DNA of 33,370 nt from a virus (Duplodnaviria; Caudoviricetes): positions 1 to 33,370 of IMG/VR virus record IMGVR_UViG_3300044852_000058; one strand, written 5' to 3'. Below, in pieces: positions 8,534 through 16,202 of the stretch (position 1 is its first letter; each line of letters begins with the position of its first letter). The position numbers and the translations under genes were made by a program. Below the pieces are notes generated by a model. That model was not told the DNA's origin and made no database searches. It was given only the letters and a program-made list of their open reading frames with translations.

Positions 8534-9887
8534 TTGCCACCCCCATGAGTGCGCTCATTTGCAGTTGTTCGGACGCCAGCTGGAGTTCCATTTGGTCGAC
8601 CTTGTCCTCGGAGAAGCCGAGAATGTCGGTCATGATTGAGTGCCAGGGCATGCCCGCGGCCTTCGCCTGGACGGCCGCTGCGTAGCGTTCCTGCAGGCTT
8701 GCCAGCTGCGGTGGTGCCCACTGGATCTCAACCACGTCCGTGAATTCCGGAACCAGGATGCGGAGGGCGTCGGCGCTGATCTCTTCGAACGGCGCTGACA
8801 TGCGGGCTATGCGGTCCATGGCCTTGAAGATGAGGCCTTCGCGGGCGGACACGGCGCCCTCGGCGGTCTGGTTCGCACCGTCCGGCAGCAGGTCCGGGAC
8901 CGGCGTGTGGGTGACCGCGCAGTACTGCCGCATGTCGTCCTTGCTCGCGGCCAGGATCGGGGTGATGTCCGTGGTCTGGCTTTCCCAGATGTCCACACCG
9001 GAAGGCAGTTCCCACATGGCGCCGGGCGCTGCGCTAAGCAGGTTCGCCCAGTCGTGCGGGTTGCCGTCCTCGTCCTCGTCGGTCAGGTCGCCCTTGACGG
9101 CGCGCTGTTTGAACGCCTGGTACGCGATGATGACCAGGCGCTGCAGGATGCCCTCATGGATCCTGTCGATGAGGTCGGTGTGCTCCTCAAATTCGGACTT
9201 ACCGCCCTTGTTCTCCAGGATGTAGACCGGCGGGATGGCGGCAGCCTCGACGGGTTCGCCGTCAATTTCCCAGCCGCCGGAGATCTTCGCCTGCACCTTG
9301 CCGTTCTTGGACCGGGTCGGACGCTTGAACCGCTGCCGGATGCCGGGCACCCACACGTAGACGTAGTCGAAGCCGTCCTCGTCGCGCCACACTTTGATGG
9401 CGGCACGGGCACGCCACGGCCGGAGCGGGTCCGGGGCGGCGCACACGTATTCGACTTTTTCCATGGTGATGATCGGCTGCCCGGCGTCCTCGGCCAGCAT
9501 GAGGTAGGACCGGGACATGCCCAGTGCCTCCCACACGGCGTCTGAGAAGGTGACGGCCAGGCGGGAGGTCTTCCACAGGCGCCGGGCCGGAACCTCGAGG
9601 GACTCCACTTCCGGGGACTCGTCCGTGTCGGCGTCGGCTGCCAGGGTGTTGCCGATGGTGAAGCCCTGCGGGTTCATGCGGTTGGCCAGGGAGTCCACCG
9701 TCAAGCCGGCCATGCCGGTGCGTGACTTTTTCTGGAAGCGGATCCAGGACTCGCGCGTGGTGGGCGACATTTCCGGCAGGGGTGAATTGCCGGTCAGGTA
9801 GTTCCGCAGCAGGGTGAACCGCGGGCCCTCGTCGTCCATGCGCTTGGCCAGGCTGGTCAGCCATTGTTCCGGCGTCATATCGGCCAT
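8451..9887 (-). CDS. Portal protein (SPP1 gp6-like)
   Basis: 478 aa; SEFEEHTDLIDRI...QAFKQRAVKG...IWES motifs; follows terminase. Confidence 0.92.
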   Translation of the reverse strand: MADMTPEQWLTSLAKRMDDEGPRFTLLRNYLTGNSPLPEMSPTTRESWIRFQKKSRTGMAGLTVDSLANRMNPQGFTIGNTLAADADTDESPEVESLEVPARRLWKTSRLAVTFSDAVWEALGMSRSYLMLAEDAGQPIITMEKVEYVCAAPDPLRPWRARAAIKVWRDEDGFDYVYVWVPGIRQRFKRPTRSKNGKVQAKISGGWEIDGEPVEAAAIPPVYILENKGGKSEFEEHTDLIDRIHEGILQRLVIIAYQAFKQRAVKGDLTDEDEDGNPHDWANLLSAAPGAMWELPSGVDIWESQTTDITPILAASKDDMRQYCAVTHTPVPDLLPDGANQTAEGAVSAREGLIFKAMDRIARMSAPFEEISADALRILVPEFTDVVEIQWAPPQLASLQERYAAAVQAKAAGMPWHSIMTDILGFSEDKVDQMELQLASEQLQMSALMGVASGQPGSTPAAIGTGPGGPSPARAITAG

Positions 9888-9905
9888 GGGTGAGTCCTTT
9901 TCGGG

Positions 9906-11636
9906 TTAGTAGAGTCGGCGGGCTCGTCCCCGTGACTTGGTAGTGGTGGCGACGCCCTTGTTCAGGGCCTCACGTGCGGCAGCGAATGCCAGCACCGAGG
10001 CGACGGCGCCGTCGATCTTTTCCGGTGAGTCCGGGGTGCGCTTGAACAACTTCAGGCCGCCCGGAACCGATGACCGGCGGGCGTTCAGGAAGTGCCTGGT
10101 GAGCGTCGGGTCCCCGGTGAGAAGTACCTGTTTTTCGGCTATGGCCTCGTACAGGGCCACGATGTCCCGGGTGGAACGGCCGATGCTTGACCCGGACATG
10201 TACCGGTACATTGGCCGGCCGCTCGAGGCGATGGCCTTCAGCTGGTTCCGGTACTTCGCGGTCCAGGCGTCCAGGTACGTCTCGACCTTGGACGGGTCAG
10301 CGAACATGGCCACCACGGTGTAGACCTTGAAGGCCTCGTGCACCGTCTGCTCGATCGCGTGGATAGGCGGGTTCCAGCCGGTGTCCAGGGCAGTGGCCTC
10401 GTCGGCCTCCCATATGCCCAGCTTGTGCAGGGACATATCGGACAGGCGGCACGCGATAAGGGCGGTGGCGTCAGGCACGCGGAACTTGCGACCCTTGGCC
10501 CGGCCCTCGCCGTAGTTGCCCGGCGCGTAGTCGAAGCCCAGGGTGATGACGTCGCCCTTGGCCAGCGGCTTGACCGCGTCCTCACCGATGGGGGTGATGG
10601 CGGCCAGCTCCTGGCTGGTGACGTAGGCGGTGGCGCCCGCGGCCTGCTGGTTCAGGTTGTACCGGCGAAGGTCTGAGGGGTCCTCTGTAGGGTCTGACGC
10701 GGCGTTCACCATGGCGTCGTAGTCGATCCAGGTGCGGTGCGCGTACGCCTCCATGAGGGACGCCCTAAGGGCTTTCTCGTCGGACAGGTCGCTGATCTCG
10801 CTGCCTTCGCGATGATCAAACAGCATTCGGGCGCTGTTCTTGATCTTGCCCTCGGCGATGCCCAGGGCCATTTTGTGCTGGTCCTCGGCGATGGACTGTT
10901 CGCCGTCGCGGTACATAGTCGTGGTGGTCAGGTACCACGGCTGTGCGGCCTTGCGCTTGCGCAGGTTTCGCTTGACCGTGTTGTACATGTCCTTGAGGCC
11001 GCCGGTGTACAGGTGGCTTTCGTCGGCGATGGCGAAGGTTTCTTTACCGCCGTCCTTGGATTTGGACCCGGCGGTGGAGAGTTGGATCTTCGCGCCGCGG
11101 GGAAGCCGCACACCGCCGGCACCTGAGAAGAAGTCCCTATTGCCTTCCAGGAATTCGGCCAGGGGTACGTCGTCGTCTTCAAGGTTGGCCCGGACGTTGG
11201 CGAACGTGTTGCCGACCTGTGTTTCCTCGGTGGCCATGATGCGCACGATAGGGTCCCGGATGAAGTCGCCCATAGGCTCGCCCGGCAGGTACGTGTAGGT
11301 GAAGTCGTACTGCGTGAACGTCTCGCCGCCCTTGGCCCAGCCGGCGAACCTGCAGGGGCCGTGCGCTTCGAACAACGCTATGGCGCCGGCCAGTTCGGAC
11401 TTGGCCGTGCCTTTCGGGCGGGACAGGACTACCAGGTCGTACAGGCGCCGGCCTGTGGAGGTGTCCAGGGCGTAGGCGTCCACCAGGAAGTCATAGAAGT
11501 CGTCGTCAAGGCACATGACCTCACCGCGCATGTCGCCTTCACCGTGGCGGTAAAAGTGCTCACACCAGGCGGCGGAGAGGTGGCCCAGCGATTTGTCCCG
11601 GTCGTGGCCGGGCATAAGGACTTGGAAGTGCGGCAC
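9906..11636 (-). CDS. Terminase large subunit
   Basis: 576 aa; Walker A SRPKGTAKSE, Walker B IADESH, nuclease LGFD and KIDGAVA motifs. Confidence 0.95.
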   Translation of the reverse strand: MPHFQVLMPGHDRDKSLGHLSAAWCEHFYRHGEGDMRGEVMCLDDDFYDFLVDAYALDTSTGRRLYDLVVLSRPKGTAKSELAGAIALFEAHGPCRFAGWAKGGETFTQYDFTYTYLPGEPMGDFIRDPIVRIMATEETQVGNTFANVRANLEDDDVPLAEFLEGNRDFFSGAGGVRLPRGAKIQLSTAGSKSKDGGKETFAIADESHLYTGGLKDMYNTVKRNLRKRKAAQPWYLTTTTMYRDGEQSIAEDQHKMALGIAEGKIKNSARMLFDHREGSEISDLSDEKALRASLMEAYAHRTWIDYDAMVNAASDPTEDPSDLRRYNLNQQAAGATAYVTSQELAAITPIGEDAVKPLAKGDVITLGFDYAPGNYGEGRAKGRKFRVPDATALIACRLSDMSLHKLGIWEADEATALDTGWNPPIHAIEQTVHEAFKVYTVVAMFADPSKVETYLDAWTAKYRNQLKAIASSGRPMYRYMSGSSIGRSTRDIVALYEAIAEKQVLLTGDPTLTRHFLNARRSSVPGGLKLFKRTPDSPEKIDGAVASVLAFAAAREALNKGVATTTKSRGRARRLY

Positions 11637-11646
11637 TTCGGTCCTT

Positions 11647-12123
11647 TCACTGGGTGCGGCTGCGCAGGCGCCTCTCGTCGATGTTGGTTACGTTGGACGC
11701 GCCGGCCTTCCGGCCACCGGCCGCGGCGGGCTTGTTGCCGCCGGCGGGGACGTAGCGAATGCGCAGCTTGCGGCGGGCTTCGGCCGTGACGCCCATTTGG
11801 TCTTCACGGCGGCGGAGCTCGGCCCACGCGGAAGCAACCCCGGTGTGCGCGGCGTCAGCGACCAGGGCGGTCGTGACCGCGAAGGTCCAATCGCCCGGCG
11901 TCCAGGTGATGCAGTGCGGCAACGTGGTCACCGTGGTCCACCACTCGAGGGTCAGCGGCTGCAGGGTCAGCGGTACCGGGATGCCCATGGAGTTGATGAC
12001 GTAGCGTTCCTTGGGCAGCGTCGGCCGCTTGCCCTTATAGGGCTTGTCCTCCACGTCGGTCCACTCAACTTTTTGGTTCCGGTTGATGGAGTCCGGTGAG
12101 GGTTCGCGTCCTGGTACAGCCAT
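11647..12123 (-). CDS. Terminase small subunit
   Basis: 158 aa; ELRRREDQMGVTAEARRKLRI motif; directly upstream of large subunit. Confidence 0.85.
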   Translation of the reverse strand: MAVPGREPSPDSINRNQKVEWTDVEDKPYKGKRPTLPKERYVINSMGIPVPLTLQPLTLEWWTTVTTLPHCITWTPGDWTFAVTTALVADAAHTGVASAWAELRRREDQMGVTAEARRKLRIRYVPAGGNKPAAAGGRKAGASNVTNIDERRLRSRTQ

Positions 12124-12249
12124 GCGGCGCGCTCCTGGTGTTTGGTCCGGATGAAGCTGGGGCCCGGTCGGCGGTGCCTGTGTTACCCGGGCCCCGGCCT
12201 GCCTGTCAGCCTGGTAGGCGGAGGGGCAGCGCTGTGCTTCAATGTCGGC

Positions 12250-12289
12250 GGTTAAACAACAAAGGCCGCCCCTTCACGGGTACGGCCTT
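12250..12289 (-). terminator. Intrinsic terminator upstream of terminase
   Basis: AAGGCCG-TA-CCC-GTGAAG-GGG-CGGCCTT followed by TGTTGTTT on the minus strand. Confidence 0.65.
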
Positions 12290-12319
12290 ATTTGGGTGCA
12301 ACTCTGCTCGACATGACCT

Positions 12320-12348
12320 ACGTTACAGGCGTGCCGGGGCTAATGCAA
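12320..12348 (-). promoter_or_regulatory. SigA-type promoter (late promoter candidate)
   Basis: TTGCAT (12348-12343), 17-bp spacer, TAACGT (12325-12320). Confidence 0.7.
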
Positions 12349-12358
12349 ATCGTTCTCA

Positions 12359-12637
12359 TTAGGCGGCGGCGGCGGCTGCTGCCTCCGTGGCGCGCTTGTA
12401 CCGGGCCTCCAGGTCGTTGATGCGTTCCAGGTTCAGGCCGGCCCACGCGGTACCGCAGAAGGGCTCCACGATAGGCGCGGTGGCCAGCCCGCGTGCCTTC
12501 AGCGACTCCACCCCGTCCGGGTGCTCGGTAAGCGGCTTGACCACGTACGGCACACCCCGGTCGTCCAGGGCTTTCTTGGTAATCCTGCACGGCTGGCAGA
12601 CTGGATTCGTCCAGATGGTCGTGATGCGGTTGCTCAC
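12359..12637 (-). CDS. nrdH: NrdH-like glutaredoxin
   Basis: 92 aa; CQPC active site, TKKALDDRGVPY, API..W.G pattern. Confidence 0.85.
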   Translation of the reverse strand: MSNRITTIWTNPVCQPCRITKKALDDRGVPYVVKPLTEHPDGVESLKARGLATAPIVEPFCGTAWAGLNLERINDLEARYKRATEAAAAAAA

Positions 12638-12822
12638 GGAGTTACCTCTTTCTTGTACTGCTCTAGTGTCATGGGGTCGTAAGGATTCAGCAGACGCATG
12701 TAGGCGCGCTCCTCAGCGTCACGTCCTGCCGCCGTGTCGTAGCCGCGGGCCTCACTGTTGCAGTAGTCGTAGCCCTCCAGCCAGGCGGCGGCCTTGATGG
12801 CCTCGATCTCTTCCGGGGTCAT
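12634..12822 (-). CDS. Hypothetical protein (62 aa)
   Basis: ATGA overlap with methyltransferase stop; MTPEEIEAIKAAAWLEGYDY...NPY. Confidence 0.65.
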   Translation of the reverse strand: MTPEEIEAIKAAAWLEGYDYCNSEARGYDTAAGRDAEERAYMRLLNPYDPMTLEQYKKEVTP

Positions 12823-14096
12823 GCAGCCTCGTTCAGTTCGTAGTTGTCGGCCGGCAGTGACCGGTCGATGCGGGCCTGGATCAACGGGATGTAGGACGGG
12901 TCGCGCTCGATCGCGATAACGTCGAACCCTTCCAGGATGCACGCCTCGACCGTCGTGCCGGAGCCGGCGAACGGTTCCAGGACGGTCCCACCGGCCGGGG
13001 TGATGAGGCGGGCCAGATACTGCATGAGGGGCAGCGGCTTCACCGTCGGGTGCGCGACGCCGTCCACCACGGGCCGCTCCTTCTTGCCGGCCTTGGCCAC
13101 ATAGAAGAAGCGGGAGGCCCCGCCGGAGTCGTTGTGCCCGCGCTCGGTGTCCCGGTTCGGGTCGCTGGTGGGGCCCTCGATGACGCCGCCGAAGCTGTGA
13201 GCCATTGGCAGTGGCATGCTCGCGGAACGGCTCTTGCTAATCCCGCTTTGGGCGTCCAGGACAGCGGCCTGACTTTCGTCCAGGATGACGTTCGCCGGGA
13301 AGCGGCCGGTCGTGGTTTGTCCGGCGTTGACACTTCCGAACTTGGCGCCGTAGCCACCCACGCGAGTATCCTTCCGGCCGGCGTTGGTAATGAGGGGGCG
13401 CGCTTCACCTGTGCCGATGCGGGACGCGTCGATGTTCAGGGCGCCCGTCCCGTGCTGCAGGACGTTAGCCGCGACCGTGCCGGCGAACGGCTTGCGGGCC
13501 AGGATGATCGGCTCATGCGCCGGCTTCAGCGCCGTGCCATATCCGGCCCACTGCTTGGCCGCGTCGGTTGCCGGGGCGGTGATGTCGGGAACTTCGGCGC
13601 CGATACCGCCGCCGTGAAGCTGTACTACGCCGCCGCCGTGTCGTGCGGACTTGCCGATGACTTCACGCGTGGCGCCGGCCGCCTTGTCGATAGCCTTGGA
13701 CACGTCCATGGACTTCGGGAACCCGGAGCCGTACAGCCAGCTGATGACGTCGCGGATCTCGAACCCGGCCAGGCGGATGGACAGGCCCATGAGGTCCACG
13801 GTGCGGGCGCCGGAGAATACGGCCATGTGGCCGCCCGGCTTCAGCACGCGCATGGCCTCATCCCACACGGCGACCGGCGGTACGAAGGCGTCCCATTCCT
13901 TGCCCATGAAGCCGCGGCCGGACGGGAGGAACTCGCGGTCCCCGGACGTCCAGGCGATAATCGCCTCGGTCACCTGGGCGGACGTCGTGTTGCCGAGCCC
14001 GTAAGGCGGGTCGGTCAGGACGGCGTCGACACTGTTGTCGGGCATGGCGCGCATGGCGGCCAGGCAGTCGGCGTTGCGGAGGTCTACGGTGCTCAA
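12819..14096 (-). CDS. Orphan DNA methyltransferase (N6-adenine/N4-cytosine, beta class)
   Basis: 425 aa; catalytic DPPY near the N-terminus, HPTVKP and SAM-binding EPFAGSGT near the C-terminus; GAAAGG RBS before TTG. Confidence 0.93.
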   Translation of the reverse strand: MSTVDLRNADCLAAMRAMPDNSVDAVLTDPPYGLGNTTSAQVTEAIIAWTSGDREFLPSGRGFMGKEWDAFVPPVAVWDEAMRVLKPGGHMAVFSGARTVDLMGLSIRLAGFEIRDVISWLYGSGFPKSMDVSKAIDKAAGATREVIGKSARHGGGVVQLHGGGIGAEVPDITAPATDAAKQWAGYGTALKPAHEPIILARKPFAGTVAANVLQHGTGALNIDASRIGTGEARPLITNAGRKDTRVGGYGAKFGSVNAGQTTTGRFPANVILDESQAAVLDAQSGISKSRSASMPLPMAHSFGGVIEGPTSDPNRDTERGHNDSGGASRFFYVAKAGKKERPVVDGVAHPTVKPLPLMQYLARLITPAGGTVLEPFAGSGTTVEACILEGFDVIAIERDPSYIPLIQARIDRSLPADNYELNEAA

Positions 14097-14128
14097 GTGG
14101 TTAGGCCTTTCGTTGGGTGGTTCATTTC

Positions 14129-14239
14129 GTGGGCTGCCCGGATTCGAACCGGGGTTATCGCGCCGGGGCCGCTTACCCCAAGGGGCTGGACTCGAACCGT
14201 GCGGAACCGCGATGTGCTAGGCCGCTGCACTACAGCCCA
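14129..14239 (-). ncRNA. tRNA-like RNA (111 nt) with a 45-nt insert replacing the anticodon loop
   Basis: Acceptor TGGGCTG/CAGCCCA; T8A9; D arm GTGC-AGCGGCCTA-GCAC; anticodon stem TCGCG/CGCGA; variable TAAC; T arm CCCGG-TTCGAAT-CCGGG; no encoded CCA. Confidence 0.85.
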
Positions 14240-14251
14240 GGCCGTGGGTGG

Positions 14252-14554
14252 TTAGGCGTCGTCCTCTGTGTAGCGGGCGCCGGCAGGAAGTTCGGCGTGA
14301 GGGCCCAGCAGTACCGGCGTGTACGGGTTGACGGTGATGCAGTTGCCGCCGTCCGTTGTGCCGTACTCGATGGTGACCAGTGCGGTGTGGAACGTCGTGG
14401 CGAAGCTGTCACGGTCCCGGCGCCGCTTCACAATGGCGGTGAGGTCCACCAGGATTCCGGAGACCGCGGCACTGCCGTCAAGGATGATGAACCGGCGGCC
14501 GATGTCTGCCAGCGTGAGCTCGACTGCGGGGGTCTCGGTGTAAGTCGTGGGCAT
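14252..14554 (-). CDS. Hypothetical protein (100 aa)
   Basis: ATG after GAAAGGCACGGCA; coding-like codon use. Confidence 0.7.
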   Translation of the reverse strand: MPTTYTETPAVELTLADIGRRFIILDGSAAVSGILVDLTAIVKRRRDRDSFATTFHTALVTIEYGTTDGGNCITVNPYTPVLLGPHAELPAGARYTEDDA

Positions 14555-14702
14555 TGCCGTGCCTTTCGTGGAGGCCTTGCGGCCAGGGGTAAATGGTTCG
14601 GGATTCGTACAGCGAGCGAGCTACAGCACCTACCCGGGCTCGCAGCGGGGTGGGGGAGGGGTGGAGGCCCCCACCCTCGTGAGGCAGTGCCTTGGCAGGC
14701 GT

Positions 14703-14897
14703 TTAGGTAATCAAGTCGTCAGCGAACTGCCGGGCTCGAGGTATGCACACGTCCACGGTGTCCTGGGCTGCCAGCTTGAGGGCGTCGCCGACCAGGTAGC
14801 CGCGGCCGGTCTCGAACTCGATGTCGCGTTCGGCCTTGAACGTTGAGCCGTCGATCGTGATGCTGATCGTCACGTGGTCCATGTCGTACTCGGGCAT
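14703..14897 (-). CDS. Hypothetical protein (64 aa)
   Basis: ATG at 14897 with AGGA RBS; MPEYDMDHVTISITIDG... Confidence 0.65.
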   Translation of the reverse strand: MPEYDMDHVTISITIDGSTFKAERDIEFETGRGYLVGDALKLAAQDTVDVCIPRARQFADDLIT

Positions 14898-15016
14898 GGC
14901 TGGTCCTATCGGTGCGGGGTGATGGCCGGCGCCCTGGCCTGGCTCGTGGCCGTGGCGGCAGGGCCGGGGCTTGGAATTTAGGAAGGGCGGGGGATGGATT
15001 CGGGAGGGGCGGGGGC

Positions 15017-15214
15017 CTAGATAACTTCGGGGCCGCCGGCGCTCAGGAAGTCGTAGCCCGTGGTCACCATGTCGGCGAACGCGCCGCCGATAGTCTGACT
15101 GGCCATGATGTAGCCGGACACCTCGTCGGTCATTATGGGCAGCCTGATCGTGTGGGTATGGCCGCGGACCTGGACGGTGAGAGTGACGTGGTCCTGCTCG
15201 ATAGCGTCGGGCAT
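15017..15214 (-). CDS. Hypothetical protein (65 aa)
   Basis: ATG at 15214 after GAAAGGCACGGCA; MPDAIEQDHVTLTVQVRG... Confidence 0.65.
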   Translation of the reverse strand: MPDAIEQDHVTLTVQVRGHTHTIRLPIMTDEVSGYIMASQTIGGAFADMVTTGYDFLSAGGPEVI

Positions 15215-15237
15215 TGCCGTGCCTTTCAGTTGGTGGG

Positions 15238-15555
15238 TTAGTACAGGCTGAAGCCGGACGGGTGGCGTTCGCCTGGATGCTTCGAGGTCGTGCGCGGTTC
15301 CCGTGCCGCGTTCGCTTCGGCTGCCGTCTTGATCTTGTGGTGTGCCTTGCACAGCCACTGCAGGTTCGACGGGTCGTGGTTGTCGCCGCGCTCGATGTGG
15401 TCGCAGTCGGTGCCCTCGGCCTGGCACCTGGACCCGTCACCCATGGACGCCTCGCACCGGCCGCCGGCCCGCTTCTTCACGTGGCCCCGCAGCCTCCACC
15501 AGTCAGGTGGTAGGCGGCTGGCCCGGTCCGAGTCGGACCACTTGCCGGACGTCAC
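15238..15555 (-). CDS. HNH endonuclease (terminase-associated type)
   Basis: GTG at 15555 overlapping the upstream TGA; LPPDW...RCE...CDHI...NH..SNLQWLCKAHHKIKT. Confidence 0.9.
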   Translation of the reverse strand: MTSGKWSDSDRASRLPPDWWRLRGHVKKRAGGRCEASMGDGSRCQAEGTDCDHIERGDNHDPSNLQWLCKAHHKIKTAAEANAAREPRTTSKHPGERHPSGFSLY

Positions 15556-15989
15556 CAGATGACTGTGAAAGTGAACGGGCCTGCACCTGGGTTGCACAGC
15601 AGCCAGGACCGGCGCAGCTGTTCGATCTGCATCGCAAACCCATTGGACTGAACTGCCATGCGGGTAACCGTGACGCTGCCGATGCGCAGCCCGTCCTTGG
15701 CCCGCGACTCGTTAGCCAGGATCAGCGCGGCGCCGTTGCTTTCGAGGTCGCCACTAACCCGTAGGGCGTCCTCGATGTCAGCCGCCAGCAGTACGTCCCT
15801 CTTGAACGGATCGGGGCGGGGGGACGCCTTGACCTTCGGCATTGCATCGATAAGGGCAGCGGCAAGTAGCAGGGCGGGGGTCCATTCGTTGTCCGGGGCG
15901 TCCTGGTGCGGCGGCCAGGGCATTGTCCAGGCTTCTGCCGGCATGGGCGCGTGCGGCACTTCTTCGGCGGTGAGCACAGTGGATGACAT
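15552..15989 (-). CDS. Hypothetical protein (145 aa)
   Basis: ATG at 15989 after GAAAGG; GTGA coupling to the HNH gene. Confidence 0.7.
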   Translation of the reverse strand: MSSTVLTAEEVPHAPMPAEAWTMPWPPHQDAPDNEWTPALLLAAALIDAMPKVKASPRPDPFKRDVLLAADIEDALRVSGDLESNGAALILANESRAKDGLRIGSVTVTRMAVQSNGFAMQIEQLRRSWLLCNPGAGPFTFTVIW

Positions 15990-16056
15990 GGCGGCCTTTC
16001 GACGTGGTGCCCGGACCGGCAGGTGTGACCCCACGCTGCGGGCCCGGGAGAATGAG

Positions 16057-16109
16057 GGTTAAACCACAAATGCCGCCCCGGTGGTGTGAACACGGTGGGG
16101 CGGCATTTG
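16057..16109 (-). terminator. Intrinsic terminator / attenuator hairpin
   Basis: 13-bp stem CAAATGCCGCCCC/GGGGCGGCATTTG followed by TGGTTT on the minus strand. Confidence 0.7.
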
Positions 16110-16133
16110 GGCACAGAACTACTCGACTCCTCT

Positions 16134-16139
16134 ATTCTA
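16134..16139 (-). promoter_or_regulatory. -10 element TAGAAT of second late-type promoter
   Basis: TANNNT hexamer at nearly the same distance from the conserved GTCGAG leader as the 12320-12325 element; no consensus -35. Confidence 0.55.
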
Positions 16140-16202
16140 CTTGAGAGAGACTCGCAATAGTGCCGTTTCCGTCAAAATCCCTTGATGAATTTTCAGGAAG
16201 TT

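Noticed and set aside
12288-12314. Leaderless 8-aa peptide MSSRVAPK as an attenuator peptide
   Set aside because: The homologous cassette at 16057-16139 keeps the nucleotide leader but lacks the ATG, so function is more likely at the nucleic-acid level; not fully excluded.
14129-14160. tRNA 3' half as an attP core
   Set aside because: No integrase is encoded, and the whole tRNA body is present rather than just a 3' fragment.
44-14255. Long plus-strand ORFs opposite the structural genes (e.g. 44-1036, 5615-6697, 13050-14255)
   Set aside because: Shadow ORFs from high GC3 on the coding strand; no motifs or RBS.
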